Below, in pieces: positions 40,736 through 50,263 of a stretch of DNA of 64,000 nt. The stretch spans positions 1,024,001 through 1,088,000 of the forward strand of contig CAVXKA010000001.1 in the NCBI GenBank assembly GCA_963762255.1. Reading direction: 5' to 3'. The first letter of the stretch is position 1. Every line of letters begins with the position of its first letter. This stretch comes from Candidatus Eiseniibacteriota bacterium. GTDB taxonomy: Bacteria; Eisenbacteria; RBG-16-71-46; JABDJR01. Both the position numbers and the translations under genes were made by a program. A model generated the notes under the pieces. It saw only the letters and a list, made by a program, of their open reading frames with translations. It had not been told where the DNA came from and did no database searches.

Positions 40736-41374
40736 ATGGTGAGAAATCGCGAGGACGAGCACGATCCGCAGCGCGGGCGCGAGAGGGAGCGCGACGAGGA
40801 GATCCTCCGAGGCGTACTCAACCGCGATCCAGGAGCGTTCGACCGCTTCGTGGATCGCTTCGGCAACCGTATCTACGCTTTCGGGGTGCGCATGTGCGGC
40901 CACCGCGAGGATGCCGAGGACGTCTTCCAGGAAACTCTGGTCGCGGTCTATCAGAAGCTGGAGACCCTGCGGGAGCCGGGTGCCTTGACCACGTGGCTCT
41001 ACCGCATCGTGGCGAACTCGTGCCTGTCCCGCCGCCGCAAGAGCAAGTTCGCCCCCGATCGCGAGTTATCCCTGGATGAGCTTCTTCCCCAGGGGGGTGT
41101 CGTGGAGGACGGCCCGGCCCTTCCCGACGAGTCGGACCCTTCCAGCGACCTCTACCGCCGGGAACTTTCTGAAGCGCTGGACGCGGCCGTGCGTGACCTT
41201 CCACCCGATTATCGCGTCGTATGGTTGATGCGGGATGTGGAAGGTTTGAGCACCGAAGAAGCCGCGGAGGCCCTGGGGATCACCATCCCCAACGCCAAGA
41301 TGCGTTTGCACCGTGCGCGGCTGACCCTTCGCAAGCGCTTGGCCGCCTACCACCCCGGGGGAGCCTCGGTATGA
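40736..41374 (+). CDS. ECF sigma factor
   Basis: DAEDVFQETL, TWLYRIVAN and GLSTEEAAEALG...KMRLHRAR motifs. Confidence 0.92.
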   Translation: MVRNREDEHDPQRGRERERDEEILRGVLNRDPGAFDRFVDRFGNRIYAFGVRMCGHREDAEDVFQETLVAVYQKLETLREPGALTTWLYRIVANSCLSRRRKSKFAPDRELSLDELLPQGGVVEDGPALPDESDPSSDLYRRELSEALDAAVRDLPPDYRVVWLMRDVEGLSTEEAAEALGITIPNAKMRLHRARLTLRKRLAAYHPGGASV

Positions 41375-41631
41375 GTCACGAACACGAGCACCATCGCGAT
41401 CACGTCTGTGTCGATCTGGCGGAGCGTATTTCGGAGTATCTCGACGGCGAATTGCCGCTGGAGCTGAAGCTCGCGGTAGAGGAGCATGTCGGGACCTGCT
41501 CCAACTGCGAGAAGTTCGTCGATTCGCTCCGGCGGACGCGCGATCTCGCCCATCTCCTTCCTGCGGTGGAACTGCCGCCGGAGCGTCTCAAGGTTCTGTC
41601 CGAGTCCATCAAACGACAATTGGAATCGTAG
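41371..41631 (+). CDS. Soluble zf-HC2 anti-sigma factor with a His-rich N-terminus
   Basis: MSHEHEHHRDHVC...YLDGEL...HVGTCSNC; no transmembrane helix. Confidence 0.85.
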   Translation: MSHEHEHHRDHVCVDLAERISEYLDGELPLELKLAVEEHVGTCSNCEKFVDSLRRTRDLAHLLPAVELPPERLKVLSESIKRQLES

Positions 41632-41641
41632 GAGGAATACC

Positions 41642-41827
41642 ATGACGGTCGAACGCGGTGTCCGGTTGATGGCCGGAGCCCTGGTGATGCTGGGCCTCGT
41701 GCTCGGGCTCACGGTGAGCCCCTGGTTCTTCATCCTGGTGGGCTTTGTGGGCGTCAACCTCTTCCAGTCCTCGTTCACCGGGTTCTGCCCAGCCGAGATG
41801 ATCCTCAAGAAAGCGGGGCTCCGGTAG
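41642..41827 (+). CDS. DUF2892/YgaP-like membrane protein
   Basis: VERGVRLMAG...FVGVNLFQSSFTGFCP; SD AGGAGG. Confidence 0.85.
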   Translation: MTVERGVRLMAGALVMLGLVLGLTVSPWFFILVGFVGVNLFQSSFTGFCPAEMILKKAGLR

Positions 41828-41853
41828 TACGAACCCCCCAACCGGATCCCCGC

Positions 41854-41891
41854 GAGCGCCGGGCCCCTTTCGGGGCTCGGCGCTCCTCTTT
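41854..41891 (+). terminator. Intrinsic terminator
   Basis: GAGCGCCGGGCCCC-TTTC-GGGGCTCGGCGCTC-CTCTTT. Confidence 0.7.
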
Positions 41892-41973
41892 CCGCCTCCC
41901 CGCCGCCCGTCCACTGCCGTAGGATTGCCGGACCGCGCCGCCCGGCCCGGGTTCCGTTCCGCGAGGAGAGCGC

Positions 41974-42909
41974 ATGTACTCGGTTCCCGTCTGGGTCATC
42001 TTCAACGTCTGCCTCGTCGCCCTCTTGACCCTCGATCTCCTGAGCTTTCGCGGCAAGGAGCACTCGATGGGGCTCCGCGAGGCGCTCATCCGCAGCGCGG
42101 GCTGGGTCACCCTCGGACTGGCCTTCTTCGGCTTCCTCTGGCTCTGGGTCGGGAGCCGCGACGCCGTCGACTTCCTCACCGCCTACGTGGTCGAGCTCTC
42201 GCTCTCCGTCGACAACCTCTTCGTCTTCCTCTCCTTGTTCGGCTACTTCGCGGTTCCCCCCGAGTACCGGCACAAGGTGCTCTTCTGGGGCATCCTCGGC
42301 GCGATGATCACGCGCGGCGGGTTCATCCTGGCGGGCGTGGCCCTCGTGACGCGATTCCACTGGGTGATCTATCTCCTCGGCGCGTTCCTCATCTGGACCG
42401 GGTACAAGATGGCGGTGAGCACCGAGACCGACGTGCACCCGTCCAAGAACCCCATCGTGAAGTCCTTCCGTCGCCTCTTCCCGGTGACGCGCCGCTACTG
42501 GGGGAGTCGGTTCTTCATCCGACGCCGCGGACGGGCGATCGCCACACCGCTCTTCGTCGTGCTCCTCGCCGTGGAGACCACCGACGTCATGTTCGCGGTC
42601 GATTCGGTTCCCGCTGTGTTCGCGGTGACGACGAAACCGTTCATCGCGTACACGTCGAACGTGCTCGCGGTGCTGGGGCTGCGCGCCATGTTCTTCGTGG
42701 TGGCGGGCTTCATCGAGCGCTTCCGCTACCTGCACTACGGTCTCGCCGGCGTGCTGGTCTTCATGGGAGCCAAGATGCTCCTCGAGGACGTGCTCCCGAT
42801 CCCGACGCCGGTATCGCTCCTGGTGGTGGCGAGCCTTCTCACCTCGTCGATTCTCTTCTCGCTACACGTCACCAAGGAACAGGATCCGGAGGATGACCGA
42901 CAGGGATGA
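41974..42909 (+). CDS. TerC/Alx family membrane protein
   Basis: LSVDNLFVF, VLFWGILGA, DVMFAVDSVPA and SNVLAVLGLRA motifs. Confidence 0.93.
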   Translation: MYSVPVWVIFNVCLVALLTLDLLSFRGKEHSMGLREALIRSAGWVTLGLAFFGFLWLWVGSRDAVDFLTAYVVELSLSVDNLFVFLSLFGYFAVPPEYRHKVLFWGILGAMITRGGFILAGVALVTRFHWVIYLLGAFLIWTGYKMAVSTETDVHPSKNPIVKSFRRLFPVTRRYWGSRFFIRRRGRAIATPLFVVLLAVETTDVMFAVDSVPAVFAVTTKPFIAYTSNVLAVLGLRAMFFVVAGFIERFRYLHYGLAGVLVFMGAKMLLEDVLPIPTPVSLLVVASLLTSSILFSLHVTKEQDPEDDRQG

Positions 42910-44204
42910 AGTCGATCCTGGAGCTTCTCGCCAAACGCCGTCGCCGCGTGGTCGGGCTCATGTCCGGCACCTCCGCCGACGGCGTGGATGCCGCGCTGGT
43001 CGAGATCGAGAGCCTCGCGGGTCGCGCGGGGCGCGGAGTTGAAGCTTCGCCCGGCCGCGCGCTCACGTGGGACGTTCTCGATTTCGTGACCGTGCCCTAT
43101 CCCGATGCGGTGCGGGCCGAGATCCTGGGTGTCCAGCAAGGCGGGGAGCGCGTGCTCGAGCGTCTCACCCGTCTTCACTTCATCCTCGGACATCTCTTCG
43201 CCGACGCCGTCGAGGCGGTGGCGCGCGACGCCGGCGTGCCGCTTTCCGAGGTGGACGCGGTGGCGAGCCACGGCCAGACCGTCTGCCACTTTCCGGTCTT
43301 TCCCGATGCGGGCCTGACCCGCGAGGGGCCGGGCGCGGCGTCGTGGGGACGCGTCAACCGCGGCGGCGCCGGATGGGTTTCGGCCTCGACGCTGCAGATC
43401 GGCGAGCCGTCGGTGTTGGCCGAGCGGCTCGGCATCGCCGTCATCAGCAACTTCCGTTCGCGCGACGTGGCAGCGGGTGGCACCGGGGCGCCGCTCGTGC
43501 CGCTCGTCGATCATCTCCTCTTCGCTGATCCGGCGCGCTCGCGCATGGCGCTCAACGTAGGTGGCATCGCTAACGTCACCGCGATTCGCGCCGGCGCGGG
43601 CCGCGACGAGGTGATCGCGTTCGACACCGGCCCCGGCAACATGGTGCTCGACGCGTTGATGGGCATCGTGAGCGACGGGCGCAAGCACGTGGACGAGGGC
43701 GGAGCGCTCGCGGCCAAGGGGAACCCCGATCGTGAGATCGTGGAGGCGATCCTGCGGGAGCCCTTCTTCGCGCAGGCTCCGCCCCGCGCGGCCGGCCGCG
43801 AGCAGTTCGGCGCCCAGTTCACGCGCGCGTTCCTCGATCGCTGCCGCGCGCGGAAGCTCTCCGATGCCTCGGTGCTGGCCACCGCGACGATGCTCACCGC
43901 CCGTGCCGTGGAGAGCGCCTATCGGCGCTTCATCGAACCCGGCTTCGCGGTGGAGGAGTTGATCGTGAGCGGCGGCGGCGCGCACAACGTGACGCTCTTG
44001 CGCGACCTGGTCGAACTCTTCCCGGGCACGCAGGTCGTCACCTCCGACTACTACGGGCTCGATGTGGACGCGAAAGAGGCGGTGGCCTTCGCGCTCCTGG
44101 GCCATCTCACGCTGGAGGGAGAGGCGGGCAACCTCCCCGGCGTGACCGGCGCGTCGCGTCCCGTATTGCTCGGCGACATCACGCCTGGGGATCGGTTCCT
44201 GTGA
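42906..44204 (+). CDS. anmK: Anhydro-N-acetylmuramic acid kinase
   Basis: GLMSGTSADGVD, SHGQT, DVAAGGTGAPLVP, FDTGPGN and KEAVAFA motifs. Confidence 0.95.
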   Translation: MKSILELLAKRRRRVVGLMSGTSADGVDAALVEIESLAGRAGRGVEASPGRALTWDVLDFVTVPYPDAVRAEILGVQQGGERVLERLTRLHFILGHLFADAVEAVARDAGVPLSEVDAVASHGQTVCHFPVFPDAGLTREGPGAASWGRVNRGGAGWVSASTLQIGEPSVLAERLGIAVISNFRSRDVAAGGTGAPLVPLVDHLLFADPARSRMALNVGGIANVTAIRAGAGRDEVIAFDTGPGNMVLDALMGIVSDGRKHVDEGGALAAKGNPDREIVEAILREPFFAQAPPRAAGREQFGAQFTRAFLDRCRARKLSDASVLATATMLTARAVESAYRRFIEPGFAVEELIVSGGGAHNVTLLRDLVELFPGTQVVTSDYYGLDVDAKEAVAFALLGHLTLEGEAGNLPGVTGASRPVLLGDITPGDRFL

Positions 44205-45529
44205 GCGCGCGTCGTCTCATCCTGGCCGCGATGCTCCTCACGCCGCTACTCGGCTGCGCGGGGAAGAGACCGCCGGTGATGCCGCCGGGCGGTGAGATGC
44301 CCGAGCCGCCGGGGTCGGAGGCACAGCCGCCCGAATCGGAGGGCATCCAGGTTCCTATCGTGCGGATCGGACTGCGCACGCACGTCACCGAGGCCCGCAT
44401 CGGCTCGTCGCGGTCCTTCAGCGTGTCCGACGATCGAGGCGTGATGCTGAACGGCGAGGCGGGAGAAACGTACGCGGTCCGCCTCGAGAACGAGCAGGTG
44501 CTCCTCTACAGCGAGAACGGGGAGCTGCTGGGCCTGGCCAACGGTACGGTGCGGATCGTCGGGGACGCCGAGCGCGGCGAGATCGTACTCGACGGCGCCC
44601 GGTACCCGGGGAGTCTCGACGTGCGACGAAGCCCCAAGGGCGGGCTCAATGTCGTGAACGTGCTCGATGTGGAGACCTACCTGCGCGGTGTGGTGCCGCT
44701 CGAGATCGGCCATGCCGGCGACTATCTCGAAGCGGCGAAGGCCCAGGCGGTGGCGGCGCGCACGTACACCGCAGGTCACATGGGGCAGTATCCCGACGAG
44801 GGCTTCGATCTCGAGGCCGGCGTGCAGGACCAGGTGTACGGATCGATCGATCGCCGCCATCCCGATGCCGACCGCGCGGTGGAAGAGACGCGCGGTCTCC
44901 TCCTCGTCCACGACGGGAAGCCGATCCGCGCCAACTACTCATCCACCTGCGGCGGCAAGAGCGCTTCGATCGAGGAGAGCTTCGGCGCACAGGAGGTTCC
45001 CTATCTCAAGAGCCGCCCCGACGAAATGGATGGAAAGATAGCCTGCCGGACATCGAAGTATTTCCGATGGGAGGAGAGCTGGACGGCCGAGCAGTTGATC
45101 GGGATCCTCGCCCGCACCGTCCCCGCCGTCACCGGCAAGCCCTGGGTCGGCAAGAGGCTCAAGAACATCGAGGTCGTGGAGCGTGGGGCCAGCGGACGCG
45201 CGGTGCGCCTGCGCATCAAGACGGACAAGGCGACCTACGACGTGGACAAGGGAGCCATTCGCCGGGTGCTTCTGACCCCGGCTGGAGGGCCGCTCTGGAG
45301 CAACGCGTTCGAACTCAAGCTCAGGATGTCGGACGGCAAGGTGAAACGCGTGACCGCCAAGGGGCAGGGATGGGGGCACGGCGTCGGCATGTGCCAGTGG
45401 GGGGCGATGCAACTCTCTCGGGACGGCCACGGGTTCCGTGACATACTCAAGCACTACTACCCCGGGGCGCGTCTCGTGTCCTGGGGTCCGGAATTTCAGG
45501 CCACGAGCGGGAGGGATCATGGAAGGTAG
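44201..45529 (+). CDS. SpoIID/LytB-domain lytic transglycosylase lipoprotein
   Basis: Lipobox LLG-C; ETYLRGVVPLE, KAQAVAARTY, DQVYG and GWGHGVGMCQWGA motifs. Confidence 0.92.
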   Translation: MSARRLILAAMLLTPLLGCAGKRPPVMPPGGEMPEPPGSEAQPPESEGIQVPIVRIGLRTHVTEARIGSSRSFSVSDDRGVMLNGEAGETYAVRLENEQVLLYSENGELLGLANGTVRIVGDAERGEIVLDGARYPGSLDVRRSPKGGLNVVNVLDVETYLRGVVPLEIGHAGDYLEAAKAQAVAARTYTAGHMGQYPDEGFDLEAGVQDQVYGSIDRRHPDADRAVEETRGLLLVHDGKPIRANYSSTCGGKSASIEESFGAQEVPYLKSRPDEMDGKIACRTSKYFRWEESWTAEQLIGILARTVPAVTGKPWVGKRLKNIEVVERGASGRAVRLRIKTDKATYDVDKGAIRRVLLTPAGGPLWSNAFELKLRMSDGKVKRVTAKGQGWGHGVGMCQWGAMQLSRDGHGFRDILKHYYPGARLVSWGPEFQATSGRDHGR

Positions 45530-47270
45530 ATCGAGGGGCGGGCGGCGGCCCCGCCGGAGCGGCGTCTCCGATGAGGTCGGGACGGCCAAGCCGGATGGGG
45601 CTGTGGCAGAGGGGACGGCCCCGGCTGCGACCGCGCGGCCGCGCCGTCCTGGGCGTGGCGGCCCTGCGCGCAGCGGCCCTGCGCGTGGCGGCTCCGTGCG
45701 CGGGCCGCGACGAGGCCCCGCGACGGGCGGTGTGCGTTCGTCGGATCGCGCGCCTGAGCCCCAGACCCTGGAGATGGCCGTCGGTCAGCTCTTCATGGTC
45801 GGAGTCCTCCCCGACGCGACCTGGGACGAGTCGATCAAGGATCATCTCGCCAACTACTACGCCGGCATCTTCCTCAGACGGTCCAACCTGCGATCGATCG
45901 ACCGTGCCCGCCGCGCCATTCACGAACTGCGCCGCGCACTCGGGCGCGGGCTGCCGCCTCTGATCGGCATCGACGAGGAAGGCGGCTTCGTCACCAACAT
46001 CGGGCACCTCACCACTCCGGCCCCCACCGCAGCCGCGCTGGGGGCAGCGGACGACGCGGACCTGACCCAGGACGTCTACCACGGGATCGGGGACAAGCTC
46101 CGCGCGATCGGGGTCAACGTCGTCTTCGCCCCTGTTCTGGACGTGAACAGCGAGCCGGCGAACCCGGTGATCGGGACGCGCGCGTTCGGTTCGACGCCCG
46201 AGGTGGTGGTGACCCACGGTCTGGCCGCGTTGCGGGGACTTCAGGCCTCGGGGGTCACCCCCTGCGTGAAGCACTTCCCCGGACACGGCGCCACCAAGTT
46301 GGATTCTCATGTGGCCCGCCCCGAAGTGAAGGCCGACCTCGGCACGCTCAAGACTCGAGACCTCGCGCCGTTCATCGAGGCGTTCAAGCAGGAGAAGCCG
46401 CCGGCGATGGTGATGACGGCCCACGTGGCCTATCCGGCGCTCGACAAGCAGACGCCGGCGACGCTCTCCAAGGCCATCCTGCAGGATCTGCTGCGGAAAG
46501 AGCTGGGTTTTCAAGGGGTCGTGATCAGCGACGCGATGGAGATGAAGGCGATCGCCGACCGCATGCCGCCCGGGAAGGCCGCGGTGCAGGCGTTGGATGC
46601 CGGCGTCGACATGCTGCTCTATCCGCTCGATCCCGCGATGGCCGCGACCGCCTACGCCGCGGTTCTCGATGCGGTGCGCTCGAAGAAGTTGAACGAAGAA
46701 CGCATTCGGGGTTCCGCCGAGCGCGTGCACTCGCTGCGGCGGGCGCTGCGCGCTCAGGAATGGCTGCGCAACGACGCGGCGGAGGATCTGCTCGAGTACG
46801 AGCACGAGCAGACCTTCTTCACCGCTTCGCAGCGGGCGATCACCCTCGACGGCAACGCGGGCGTGCTGGCCGACATTGCCGCTGCGCCCGGCAAGAAGCT
46901 CTTCGTGCTCCCGCGCGAACTGGACGAGCACCACCGCATCATGATCGAGGTGGTGAAGGAGCAACTCGAGCCGGTCGGGTTCACCGTGGTCGATGTCTCT
47001 CCCCGGGTCGGCGCGGAAGAGCTCGCGCGGGTGGAGGCGCAAGCCGCCGAGGCCTCGGCGATCATCTTCGCCACCGTCTCGCGGGGCCCCATCAACGAGG
47101 AGAGCCGCAAGTTCATCGCCGCGCTCACCCGGCGGGACGTGATGAAGGTGGGGGTGGCGCTTCTGGATCCCGGGGACACGGACCAGATGATGGGGGCCAA
47201 CTGCCGGATCAGGACCTACGGGTTCGCGGTGCCCCAGCTCTGGGCGCTGTGCCAGGTGCTGGTGGGGTAG
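45519..47270 (+). CDS. nagZ: Beta-N-acetylhexosaminidase (GH3)
   Basis: IDEEGG, APVLDV, KHFPGHG...DSH and SDAMEM motifs. Confidence 0.9.
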   Translation: MEGRSRGGRRPRRSGVSDEVGTAKPDGAVAEGTAPAATARPRRPGRGGPARSGPARGGSVRGPRRGPATGGVRSSDRAPEPQTLEMAVGQLFMVGVLPDATWDESIKDHLANYYAGIFLRRSNLRSIDRARRAIHELRRALGRGLPPLIGIDEEGGFVTNIGHLTTPAPTAAALGAADDADLTQDVYHGIGDKLRAIGVNVVFAPVLDVNSEPANPVIGTRAFGSTPEVVVTHGLAALRGLQASGVTPCVKHFPGHGATKLDSHVARPEVKADLGTLKTRDLAPFIEAFKQEKPPAMVMTAHVAYPALDKQTPATLSKAILQDLLRKELGFQGVVISDAMEMKAIADRMPPGKAAVQALDAGVDMLLYPLDPAMAATAYAAVLDAVRSKKLNEERIRGSAERVHSLRRALRAQEWLRNDAAEDLLEYEHEQTFFTASQRAITLDGNAGVLADIAAAPGKKLFVLPRELDEHHRIMIEVVKEQLEPVGFTVVDVSPRVGAEELARVEAQAAEASAIIFATVSRGPINEESRKFIAALTRRDVMKVGVALLDPGDTDQMMGANCRIRTYGFAVPQLWALCQVLVG

Positions 47271-47358
47271 GGGGTTGGCGGGATGGGCCCCGCCGCGGTC
47301 CGCCGACGGGACTCCCGGGGGGGGATGCTCACCCGGGTGAGCATTGCGCGCCCCGGAA

Positions 47359-47387
47359 TTGACTTTAGCCCTCCAGACTGATACTTT
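47359..47387 (+). promoter_or_regulatory. Sigma70 promoter of tRNA-Asp
   Basis: TTGACT-17 bp-TACTTT just upstream of the tRNA. Confidence 0.7.
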
Positions 47388-47402
47388 TGGTCGCCCTTAG
47401 GC

Positions 47403-47479
47403 GGGGTCGTAGTTCAGCTGGTTAGAACGCCGGCCTGTCACGCCGGAGGTCGCGAGTTCGAATCTCGTCGGCCCCGCCA
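47403..47479 (+). tRNA. tRNA-Asp (GUC)
   Basis: Acceptor stem GGGGTCG/CGGCCCC, anticodon arm CCGGC-CTGTCAC-GCCGG, T loop TTCGAAT, encoded CCA. Confidence 0.97.
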
Positions 47480-47499
47480 TTTTGCTTCACGCTTCGGAT

Positions 47500-47538
47500 G
47501 AGCCGTCCGGTCTTTACCGGGCGGCTCTTGTCTTTGTC
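47500..47538 (+). terminator. Terminator after the tRNA
   Basis: GAGCCGTCCGGT-CTTT-ACCGGGCGGCTC-TTGTCTTT. Confidence 0.7.
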
Positions 47539-47557
47539 GGGAGACCCGGCGCTTGCC

Positions 47558-48886
47558 CTAGTCGATGCCGAATCGCTTGAGCTTCTCGTAGAGGGTCCGC
47601 AGCCCGATGCCGAGCTCCTCGGCGGCGCGCCGGCGATTCCCGCCGACATCGGCCAGCACGCGACGGATCGCCTCTTCCTCGATCTCCGCCATGGTCTGCG
47701 CGCCGCGTTTCCCTCGGGAAGGGACACCGATGGCATCGGCCATGTCCGCGCCCTGAACCGCGTCCCCTTCGGCGAGGATCGCAGCCCGCTCCAGAGCGTT
47801 GGCCAACCCGCGGATGTTGCCGGGCCAGCGACCCATACGAATGCGATCTCGCGCGTCGTTATCCAGGTGCAAGCCGGGGCGGCCCAGTTCCACCCGGATA
47901 CGCGCGAGAAGGGTCTCCGCCAAGGGAAGCAAGTCGCGCGGTCGCTCGCGTAGCGGAGGCAGTCGGATGGGGAAGACGGCCAGCCGATGGTAGAGATCCT
48001 CGCGGAACGCTCCCGATTCCACCATGGCCTCGAGGTCGCGGTTACTCGCGGCGATCCAGCGCACGTCCACCTCGATCGTTCGGGTGCCTCCGACACGTTC
48101 GAAGCGACCGTCCTGCAGCACCCGCAGGAGCTTGGCCTGCAGCTCCTGCTTCAGTTCTCCGATCTCATCCAGGAATAGCGTGCCCCCGTCGGCGAGCTCC
48201 AGTCGTCCTCTTCGCGCACCGGTCGCCCCCGTGAATGCGCCCTTCTCATGCCCGAAGATCTCGCTCTCCATAAGGCTCTCGGAGATCGCCGCGCAGTTGA
48301 CCGGGACGAACGGTCCGTCGCGCCGTGGACTCAGCAGGTGGAGGGTCCGCGCGACGATTTCCTTCCCCGTCCCGCTCTCGCCCAGCACGAGAACGGTGGT
48401 GTGCGTCGGCGCGACCTTCTCCACCGCCTTCAAGACCGGCTCCATGATCGGGTCTTCATACGTGAGAGGGGGCACCGAGGCCGCCTCGCGCGCCGAGCGG
48501 TCCTTCAACGTGAGGAGGCTCCGGCGCTCCAGCGCGCGTGCGACGATCAACCGAAGCTCACCCGGACTTGCGAGGGGTTTCTGGAGATAGTCGAACGCGC
48601 CAAGTTTCATCGCCTCCACCGCGCTGTCGACCGTGCCATGCGCGGTGAGTACGATCACTTCCATCTCCGGAAACGCGGCGCGGGCGCTGCGAAGCAGGGC
48701 CATGCCATCCGGCGCTCCCGGCATCCGGAGATCGGTGATCATGAGATCGAAGGCGCGATCCCGAAGCGAACGCATCGCAGCGGGTCCGTCTCCGGCCTCG
48801 ACGACGTCGTGGCCTCCTTCGTTCAGAGTCTCCGCGATGAACTCGCGGATGCCCGGCTCGTCGTCGACGATGAGAATGGCGGCCAT
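47558..48886 (-). CDS. Sigma54-dependent response regulator (NtrC/ZraR family)
   Basis: REC domain, GESGTGKE, GAFTGA, WPGNIRGL and a Fis-type HTH. Confidence 0.95.
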   Translation of the reverse strand: MAAILIVDDEPGIREFIAETLNEGGHDVVEAGDGPAAMRSLRDRAFDLMITDLRMPGAPDGMALLRSARAAFPEMEVIVLTAHGTVDSAVEAMKLGAFDYLQKPLASPGELRLIVARALERRSLLTLKDRSAREAASVPPLTYEDPIMEPVLKAVEKVAPTHTTVLVLGESGTGKEIVARTLHLLSPRRDGPFVPVNCAAISESLMESEIFGHEKGAFTGATGARRGRLELADGGTLFLDEIGELKQELQAKLLRVLQDGRFERVGGTRTIEVDVRWIAASNRDLEAMVESGAFREDLYHRLAVFPIRLPPLRERPRDLLPLAETLLARIRVELGRPGLHLDNDARDRIRMGRWPGNIRGLANALERAAILAEGDAVQGADMADAIGVPSRGKRGAQTMAEIEEEAIRRVLADVGGNRRRAAEELGIGLRTLYEKLKRFGID

Positions 48887-48898
48887 GCGTTCAGTTCC

Positions 48899-50185
48899 TC
48901 ACCGGGGGAGGGCGATCCGGAAGATGGCTCCCCCCTGCGGATGATTGGCGGCGGAGAGCGTACCACCATGGAGTTCCACGACGCGCCGAGCTACGGCGAG
49001 CCCCAGCCCGGTGCCGGTGGTCCGGGTCGTGAAGAACGGGTCGAAGATCCGTTCCTCTTGTCCCTTCGGGAGTCCCTCGCCGTGATCGCGAACGGTCACG
49101 ACAAGTGAGTTCCCGTCGACGAGCAGACCCACTTCCGGCCGCGAATCGTCCCCCCGCGAGGCCTGGTGCGCGTTGCGCAGCACGTTGATGAAGACCTGGC
49201 GCATGCGGACGCCGTCGAGCGGCCACGATGGGGGCGCATTCTCCGGGTGGAAATCGAAACCACCGGGGGCCACCTCCTCGATCGAAGCCTGGAGAATGGG
49301 AACGGGATCGACGGGAATTCGCTCGAGCGGACCCACCCGGACGAAATCGAGCAGGTCGGAGGTCAACGCCTCCAGGCGGGACGATTCCATAACCACGCGA
49401 TCCGCCTTGCGCCGGTCGGGGGATTCGGCGGGCAGGTGCTCCGCGAGGAGCTGCGCGTGTCCCTTGAGCGACGCGAGGGGGTTGCGGATCTCGTGGGCCA
49501 GAACCGCGGACATCTCGCCGAGCAAGCTCAGCCGGCGCTCCTGTTCCAGATGGCGCTTGGCCCCCTCGTAGCGACGCGACATTCCCCACGAGACGCCGGC
49601 CACCAGCATCATCACAACGGCGGCGGCGAGGCCGAAGGCGAGCAGCCCGCGAGCCTGATCCATGAGCCGGCTCGCCACCAGGGGCTCGAACTCGAAGGTG
49701 ATGCCGCCGTGCCGGGGCGCTCCTCGCGGGTCCCTTTCCAGGCCCGGCGGGGGCGGCGTGAATCTCGGCCGCATGAGCGACATCCGCACGCGAGATCCGA
49801 CTTGCGTCAGCCTGAAGCCGGGGTCGTCTCCCGATGGCGAGAACTCCATGCTGGGGCCCGACGCGGGCTCGCCGGCGGCAGCGACGATGCGATCCTCCGT
49901 GTCGAGGAGGGCCACGTAGCGCAACCCGTCCGCGCTTTGCTGCGCGAGCAGGCTGTCGAGGCCCACCTGGACCCCGACAGGGTCTTCGTGATCCATGCCC
50001 TGTCTGAGCGTCCCCATGATCGCGCGCTCGAAGATCCTCGCCTGGCCGGCGTGAAGCGCCGAGGTCGCCGCACGAGCGCTGCGGTAGTTGGACCAGGAGG
50101 CGAGGATGAGCGCGACACCCAGCACGCAGGCACTCGCGAGAAGTCCCCATCTGGCCCAGACTCCCTCGGACGATAGCTTCCACAT
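48899..50185 (-). CDS. Membrane sensor histidine kinase
   Basis: Two transmembrane helices; [20 protein letters not shown] and GTGLGL motifs. Confidence 0.94.
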   Translation of the reverse strand: MWKLSSEGVWARWGLLASACVLGVALILASWSNYRSARAATSALHAGQARIFERAIMGTLRQGMDHEDPVGVQVGLDSLLAQQSADGLRYVALLDTEDRIVAAAGEPASGPSMEFSPSGDDPGFRLTQVGSRVRMSLMRPRFTPPPPGLERDPRGAPRHGGITFEFEPLVASRLMDQARGLLAFGLAAAVVMMLVAGVSWGMSRRYEGAKRHLEQERRLSLLGEMSAVLAHEIRNPLASLKGHAQLLAEHLPAESPDRRKADRVVMESSRLEALTSDLLDFVRVGPLERIPVDPVPILQASIEEVAPGGFDFHPENAPPSWPLDGVRMRQVFINVLRNAHQASRGDDSRPEVGLLVDGNSLVVTVRDHGEGLPKGQEERIFDPFFTTRTTGTGLGLAVARRVVELHGGTLSAANHPQGGAIFRIALPR

Positions 50186-50263
50186 GGTGATCGGCCCTTC
50201 CCAGTGCGCGCCGTCGCGAACTCCGGTGCCGCCGCCGATACCGGCGTGCGCGGCACCGAGGAA

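Noticed and set aside
41892-41973. yybP-ykoY manganese riboswitch upstream of the TerC gene
   Set aside because: The space after the terminator is short and I cannot see the conserved motifs.
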